64,000 bases of DNA from the human T2T-CHM13v2.0 reference genome, Homo sapiens. Location of the stretch: the NCBI RefSeq assembly GCF_009914755.1, contig NC_060948.1; one strand, given 5' to 3'. Below are positions 56,600 through 64,000 of this stretch, in pieces. How positions within the stretch are numbered: the stretch's first letter is position 1; each line of letters starts with the position of its first letter. The translations under genes and the position numbers were made by a program. Under the pieces are notes generated by a model. The model saw nothing but the letters and a program-made list of their open reading frames with translations, ran no database searches and was not told where the DNA came from.

Positions 56600-57075
56600 C
56601 TTTTAATTTAAATTTAATTTAATTTAAATTTATATTAAGTTTCATGATATGTATGCAGGACATGCAGATTTATTTCACAGGTAAACGTGTGCCATGGTTG
56701 TTCACTGAACCCATTACCCCATCACCTAGGTATTTATCTCTGCATAAATTAGCTATTTGTCCTGAAGGTGTTGTTTTCCCACTTTCTTTATCCAGTCTGT
56801 CACTCATAGGCATTTGGGTTAATTCCATGACTTTGAATTTGTGAATAGTGCTGTAATACACATACACAAGCATGCGTCCTTGTAATAGAATGACTAATTT
56901 TGCAGGTACTATACACCCAGTAATGAAATTGCTGAATCCAGTGGGATTGGCATTCTGAAAGACTAAAAGTGTGAATCACCACACACTTTTCCACATTGTC
57001 TGTACTGATAGACATTCCAAAGAACAATGTAAAAACATTCCTATGACTGCACTAGCTCACTACCATCAGTTTTTT
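56600..57075 (-). mobile_element. Degraded L1P 3' end
   Basis: tgtgcagg-like and gtaaacgtgtgccatgg motifs, plus atatacacccagtaatgaaattgctg. Confidence 0.8.
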
Positions 57076-57584
57076 CATGGGTATTAACTTATACGATAAA
57101 GATAGCCATCAATTTTGCTTCCACAAGACACAAACATATTTGGGCATTTCTTCCATGGGGAAAAAAAAAAAAAAAAAAAAGGCGTTTACAATTGCACTTA
57201 ATGGAAGGGGCCCGAAATGCTGCTCATCATCCTGCAATGCACAGCAAAAGCTCCGCACATAAAGAAATTTTATGAGTACAAAATGTCAAAATCAGAAATT
57301 CTGTTTCATTAGAAAGCTTTATAACACAGTGGAAGAGTGCTAACCTGAAGCCCAATGCCATGAATTACAGAAGTATATTCTCAGAGACTAGATGTCTGTG
57401 CAAGTAAGAGGGATAGGGTGTTTCAGTGGAAATACCAGTCTTTCAACTTTAATTTCCAAAAGATTTTGAAATATAATGATTTTCAAATAAGGTTTAAACA
57501 TTCCAAATTGTAGGAGACTGAATTTTAAGTATTTCAAGATCCAATAGAAGAAAGGCATTTAAACGCAACTAGCTATGCTCCTTT

Positions 57585-58882
57585 TGTCATGGGATTTTGG
57601 GAGAGTCACCTTACCAATTGAAAACCTCTGTGGCCAGTGGTGCCTTTGCCTGTGTTTTCTCAGGCCTGCTAAGCTAGCTCTACCCACTCTGCCTGACAGG
57701 CTGCACTCAGCTTGCATTATGGGCCAGGATTTAACAGCTGCCAAGGGCAAACGTGAGGTAGAGTGGCAATGGTGTTTGAGCAAGTGTGGGGTCCAGCCGC
57801 TATAGACGGCCAGGCCTGCCAGCTGTTGCAAAGCAGGAAATTTTAGGTACCAACAGAAGTGCCATCTCACTGAGATGCAGCAGCTGGACCAGGCATACTG
57901 CAAGCAGCTTCCACAGCTGATACTGGGGAATGTAGTGGTGCCCAGAAGTTTCAGGATGCCAGAAACAGCAAAGCCCTAAAGAGGGTGTCACAGCCCTGGT
58001 TTTGAGATAGCCTAGCTGTCCTCTTATTTTTGTCTTTCACAATGTGATGAGCAAGAGACATGTTTTTCCCTGTTTGTGTTACAGTTCTTTCAGCACCACC
58101 ATTCAGTGATTCTCAAATAATAGTTCTTTATCCAGGAAGAATGAGGTAGATGGACACGTGGAGAGTGAGACCTTTATAGACAAGATTTACTGAGGGACAG
58201 AACTCAAAAGAGATCCTGATTGGGTAGCTCTTCTCCACAGGCTGGATGTTCTGATGAGGGTCCAGCTCTCAGCGGAGAGACGGCTTTAGAGCGGGCGGCT
58301 TATCTCTACAGGCAAGTTGTCAAGGCTTAGTGTCCAGCTCTCAGCAGGAAAGAAACCCTGGACTTGGTAGCTTCTCCATCCAGCTGGTCATATTATGAGA
58401 TGTTAAGCTCTCCACAGAGTGAAGACCCTGGAGTGGGTAGGTCTACTTCACACCTGGTGGTTCCAAGATTGGCTAAGACTTCAGCAAAGAGAAGACCCTC
58501 GAGTGGGTAGCTCCTCACTCTAGCTGGTCATCCCATTATCTCCCCAGCTTTCAGCAGAGACTGTGGTGGGTAGCTCCAGCCCACTGCTGATAGTCCTGAC
58601 ATCTCCTAAGCTTGCAGGAGAGAGATGGCCCTTGGGTAGGTAGCTCCTCTCCACGGCTGGTAGTTTGAATAGTCCTCAAATGTGGCTGAGTCCAGGAATA
58701 TTATTTGCTTCAAAGGAAAGAAAGTGCTTGCTGATTGGATTATTTGGCAACAATGCATGCGTTTCAGAAAAAAGCAACAGTGGTTCCCATTCTTGTCCAT
58801 CAGCCTGGAACCTGGACCTCAGGCTGTAACCGGCTTGAAGGTGGAGCCTTAGTGGGGACCAGCAAATTTATCGCCAAGAGCC
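57585..58882 (+). mobile_element. MER52-type LTR with internal ~60-bp tandem units
   Basis: Starts tgtcatgggattttgggagagtcacc...aacctctgtggccagtggtgcctttgcc. Repeated gggtagctcctctc...ctctcagcagagag units lie at 58200-58660. Confidence 0.82.
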
Positions 58883-61800
58883 TGTGATGGCTAACACTGA
58901 GTATCAATTTAACTGGATTGAGAGATACAGAGTATTAGTTTGGTATGTGTCTGTGTGAGTGTTGCCTAAAAGAGATTAACACTAGGGACAGTGGGCTGGA
59001 GAAGGTAGTTCCACCCTTAATCTGGTGGGCACAATTGCCCTGTAATTGCTCTTCTATGGAAACCACAGTCATGCAACGACAAAATTTAAATATGATGAGA
59101 ATAGTTGGATCCCAGTGTGATAGGGGTCAAGTGGCACCACTCAACCATCAAAGGTAATGTGGGCACAGCGAAGGGATAGTGGCAGTCAAATAATGTGACT
59201 CCTGTAGAGCCTTGCCATTGGTTAATTAGTCACGGTGTTCGTGCAAGTGAAATTGATGGAAAGCTTACTGCATTCATACTTATGTTATACATACAGAAAT
59301 CGTTGCGTCAAAAGGACAAATCACTATTCGGAATGATGAAAACAGAGAAGTACGGCCCCTCCATCAATTACCAGGCTAGAGACAGTTTAAAGACCGAGAA
59401 TCCATCGAATGAAGAGGAGGCTGGGTTCCCTTGACCAAGAAACCCACAACACAACTGACTATTTATGCAGTGAATCTTTACACAATCTTTCCCCAAGAAG
59501 ACCTCCAGGCTTTACCAAAGTAATTGTGTACTAGGGAAAGGGAAATAGTCAGACTTTGGAGAAACTACTGGCCACTAGCTCTGTGCTGATGTGGGTTCCA
59601 GGGGACCCAAAATGTTACTGTGGTCCTGCAGTTAAAGTAGGAGCTCAGGGAGGTCAGGTAATTAATAGTGCTTTAGCTTATTAGGTCAGATTTACAGAGT
59701 GCCCAGTGAGTCCCTGGAGTCATCCTGTGGTCATTTTCCCAGTGCTAAATTGCATAACTGGCATAGATATACTTAGCAGCTGGCAGAATCCCACATTTCC
59801 ATGACCTCCAAGGTGAGGGCTACAACAATAGAAAAGGTTAAATGGAAGCCACAAGAGCTGCCCCTACCTAGAAAAATAGTAAATAAGAAATGATATCAAA
59901 ACCCTGAGAAGATTGTGAAGATGGGTGCCACCATCAAAAATTTCAAAGATGCTGGATTGGTAATTACCAGCACATTCTAATTCAACTCTCCCATTTGGCC
60001 TGTGCAAAAGACAGGTGGACCTTGGATAATCACATTGGAGTATTGCAACTTAATACAGTTGTGAATCAACATGCAGCTGATATTCTAGATATGGTTTATT
60101 TTTTGAGCAAATTAATACATCTCCTGTCACATGGTATACAGCCATTCACTTGGCCAGTGCCCTTTTCTTTATTCCTGTCTATAAGGACCACCAGAGGCAA
60201 TTTGCCTTCAGCTGGCAAGGCCAGCAATACACATTTATTAACCTTGCTCAGGGGTATATTAACTCTCTGGCTTCCTGTCATAATCTTACTCAGAGAGACC
60301 TTGATTGCTCTTCACTTCTGTAAAGTATCACGATGATTTCATCCATCTCATTGATGAAATTAGGCTGATTTGATGAGTGAGCAAGAAGTAGCAAGCACAT
60401 TTGAATTATTGGTGAGACATTTATGTACCAGAGGATGTGAAATAAATGTGACTAAAATTCAGAGACCTTCTACCTCCGTAATGTTCCTAGAGGTCCAGTC
60501 TTGGGAAGCCTGTCAAAATATCCTTTCCAGGGTGAAGAACAAGATGTTGCGTGAGGCCCCTCTTATAACCAAGAAAGAGGCACAATACCTACTAGGCCTA
60601 GTTGGATTTTTGAAGCAGCACATTTTTTATTTGAATATGTCCCACTGGCCCACTTATTAGTGACCCAAAGGGCTGCCAGCTTTCAGGGGCATCCAAAACA
60701 GGAAAAGACTCTGCAACTACTTCAGGCTGCGTTGCAAACCCCTCTACTCTTTGGGCCATGTGAACCAGGAGATTCAATGGTGCTTGAAATTTCAGTGGCA
60801 GATAGGGATGTTGTTTGGAGCTAAATAACTGTGGCAGCAGTGTCCTGCTCATTAAATCTACTTGTCTTACCCTGTTTCCCATTATCCTGAAGGAGCTGGA
60901 TAAATAGAACGGTTAGGTGGCTTTTTGAAGTTACAATTACAATGCCAACGATGTGACAATACTTTGCAGTGCTCCCACAGGTGAATCAGACCATACACCT
61001 CTAGGATTTTGAAGCAAGGCCCTGCCATTTTCTGCAGATAACTAGTATTCTTTGGAGAGACAGCTCCTGGCCCATTGCTGGGCTTTGGTGGAACATTTCA
61101 ATGTTGGTCATCAAGTCACCATGTGAAGTACACTGTCTATCATGAACTTGGTGCTTTCTGACCCATCGAGTCTTAAAGTGGGTTGTGCGCAGCAGCATTT
61201 CATCATGAAATGGATGTGGTATACACGTGGCCAGGCTTAAGCAGGTCCTAAGGCACAACTAAGTTACATGAGAAAGTGGTTCAAATGCTCACGATCTCCA
61301 CTGCAGCCACCCCATCTTCTCTCCTTCAGCCTATGTCAATACCCAAATGGCCAGATTTCTGACTATATAATGATTCATGGTCCATAGCCAATGGTTTGTC
61401 TGGGTGTCAGGCACTTGGTAGATGCATGATCAGAATATTGGTGAGAAAGATATTTGAGGAAGAGGTATGTGGACGGACCTTTGTGAGTGGTCAAAAGCTG
61501 TCAAAATATTTGTATTCCATGTGAGTTCTAACCAACGAGCAGCCTTAGTAGATAAAGAGTTTAATAATCAAGTGGATAAAAACACTGGTTCCAGGGACAC
61601 CACTCTGCCTCTTTCCCCAGCCACCCCTGTCATTGCCCGATGGGTCCATGAACAAAGTGGCCATGGTGGCAGAAACTGAGGTTACACATGTGCTCAGCAA
61701 CATGGACTTCCACTCACAAAGCCTGACCTGGCTATGGCCACTGCTGAGTGCCCAATTTGCCAGCAGCAGAGACCAAAACTGAGCCCTCAGTATGGCCCAG

Positions 61801-63590
61801 TTTCTTGGGGTGATCAGCCAGCTACCTGGTGACAGATTAATTATATTGGAACTCTTTCATCAAGGAAATGGCAGAGGTTTGTCCTCACTGGAATAGCCAC
61901 TTACTGTGGATATGGGTTTCCCCATTCTTCATGCAATGCTTCTGATAAGACTACCATTCATGAACTCACAAAATGCCATATTCACCATTACAGTATTCCA
62001 CACAACATTTCCTCTGACCAGTGCACTAACTTTACAGCTAAAGAAATGTGGCAGTGGGCTCCTGCTCATTAAATCTGCTGGTCTTACCATGTTTCTCATT
62101 ATCTTGAAGCAACTAAATTAATAAGATTGTGAAGTGGCCTTTTGAAGTTACAATTGCAATGCCAACTATGTGACAATACTTTGCAGGGCTGTGGCAAAGT
62201 TCTCCAGAAGACCATATGTTCTCTGAATCAGCATCCAATATATGGCATTGTTACTTCTGTAGCCAAAATTCGCTGGTCCAGGAATCAAGCAATAGAAGTA
62301 GAAATTTCACCACTCACTATCGCTCCTGGTGTTTCACCAGCAACATTTCTGTTTCCTGTTTCTTATGATATTATGTTCTGCTGGCCTAGAGGTCTTAGCT
62401 CCCCGAGGAAAAGCGCTGCCACCAGATGAAACAATAATGATTCCATTAAACTGGAAGTCAAGATTGTCACCTGGACACTTGGGCCTCCTCCTACCTTTAC
62501 GTCAGCATTGTAAAAAGGCAGTTACAGTGTTGACTGGGTTGATTGACCTGAACTATCAAGATGAAATCAGCCTACTCCTCCACAATGGAGGGAAGAAAGA
62601 GTGTGGCATAAAATACAGAAGATGCATTAAGATGTGTTCCAGAATTACCATGACGTGCGATTAAGGTCAGTGGAAAACTACAACAGCCCAATTCTGACCG
62701 GGCTACAGTTGGATCAGACCCTTCAGGTATTAAGGTTTGGGTCACTCACCAGGGTAACAACAACAAAAGGAACAACAACAACAAAACAATAAAAACCGCA
62801 ACCTGCTGAGGTGCTTGAGGAAGACAAAAGGAAGGCAGAATGGGTGTTAGAAGAAGTTAGTCATCCATATCCGCTATAAACAAGTGACCAGCTGCAGAAA
62901 TGAGGACGTTAATTGTCTTAAGTATTTCCTCCTTCTTTTGTTAAAAAAAAAGTTTGTGCATGTATACACATGTACTAAGAAAATATTTTTTTTATTTTCC
63001 TTTATCATGCTACGTAAGATTTATTGAGTTCTTATCAACATTTGTGTATTGTAAACTTTATGAAATAGTGTTTGGATTGGGGATTGCTGCATTCCTGGCT
63101 GTAAGAGGATAATTGTATTATGTTAGGTGTAATTATTACCTCATTTCTGTCTGCATTTGAAGATTATGTATTATAGCAGGAGATGTGATTTGATTCGAGT
63201 TAACAAGGGGTGGACTTGTGATGGTTAACACTGAGTGTCTCATTCATTGGATTGAGGGATACAGAGTATTAATCGTGGATGAGTTTCTTGGGTGGTTCCC
63301 CCCCCCCAAAAATTAACATTTGAGTCAATGGGAAGATCTACATTAATCTGATGGGCACAATCTCATGAGCTTCTAGCGAACATCAAGCAGACAGAAACAT
63401 GTCAAAAAGCGAGATGGGACTAGCTTCCAAAGCATACATCTTTCTTCTATACTGGATACTTTTTCTCTCAGACAGTGGACTCCAAGTTCTTCCAGGTTTG
63501 GGACTCAGACTTGCTCTCCTTGTTCCTCAGCTTGCAGGCAGCCTATTGTGATCATGTACGTAAGTACTTATAACCTCCCCTAAATATTTA
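58883..63590 (+). mobile_element. HERV-L defective provirus with partial MLT2 LTRs (58883-~59035 and 63217-~63590), adjoining and probably inserted into MER52
   Basis: LTR starts tgtgatggctaacactgag and tgtgatggttaacactgag, with the PPT caaggggtggact. Pol fragments SEQEVASTFELLVRHL and FNNQVDK...WVHEQSGHGGR; dUTPase-like SAGLEVLAP...IPLNWKSRLSPGHLGLLLP. Confidence 0.93.
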
Positions 63591-63699
63591 TATATACATA
63601 TACACAGGCACACACACACACTCACACATATACATGCATATATAAAAATATATAAAGGGATGGAAAATAAAAGAGTTTGTAAGTATTTTCAAAAAGCTT

Positions 63700-64000
63700 T
63701 CTTTTTTTATTATACTTTAAGTTTTAGGGTACATGTGCACAATGTGCAGGCTAGTTACATATGTATACATGGGCCATGTTGGTGTGTTGCACCCATTAAC
63801 TCGTCATTTAACATTAGGTATATCTCCAAATGCTATCCCTCCCCACGCCCCCCACCCCAAAACAGGCTCTGGTGTGCGATGTTCCCCATCCTGTGTCCAT
63901 GTGTTCTCATTGTTCAACTCCCAGCTATGAGTGAGAACATGCGGTGTTCGGTTTTTTGTCCTTGCGATAGTTTGCTGAGAATGATGGTTTACAGCTTCAT
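63700..64000 (-). mobile_element. L1PA 3' end (continues past the window)
   Basis: ttttttattatactttaagttttagggtacatgtgcacaatgtgcagg...gtttgctgagaatgatggttt. Confidence 0.95.

Noticed and set aside
58200-58660. ~60-bp tandem units as a CRISPR-like or novel array
   Set aside because: They are degenerate head-to-tail units with no unique spacers, inside a MER52-type LTR in a eukaryotic context.

Overview
This is primate, most likely human, Y-chromosome ampliconic DNA, and I found no intact protein-coding gene in it. Bases 1-23061 form the centre of a near-perfect palindrome: arm 1..9802, a 3457-bp spacer (9803..13259), and arm 13260..23061. Mirrored positions sum to 23062 and the symmetry runs off the left edge of the window. 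Each arm carries a 5'-truncated HERV-K(HML-6/LTR3) provirus, a (TA/CA)n tract, a dead full-length L1PA and an older L1 fragment. The spacer holds an old, intronless, Alu-interrupted CDY pseudogene. This layout fits the centre of Yq palindrome P5, but that is recalled rather than checked, and the related P1.1/P1.2 mini-palindromes or an ape orthologue cannot be excluded. The rest of the window is repeat-rich. It contains a much older, strongly diverged inverted duplication (~35.0-45.4 kb versus ~53.7-63.6 kb), whose two copies each carry HERV-L, MER52, MER3, a shared Alu and USP9Y-pseudogene exons including the catalytic Cys-box exon. Almost all ORFs in the supplied track are repeat fragments or low-complexity artefacts. 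I found no convincing new enzymatic system. The most interesting signals are structural (a live and a fossil palindrome, their breakpoints, one arm-specific variant, templated insertions), plus a speculative L1-antisense-promoter/HML-6 env chimeric unit. Repeat-family names come from recalled consensus sequences and many boundaries are approximate.
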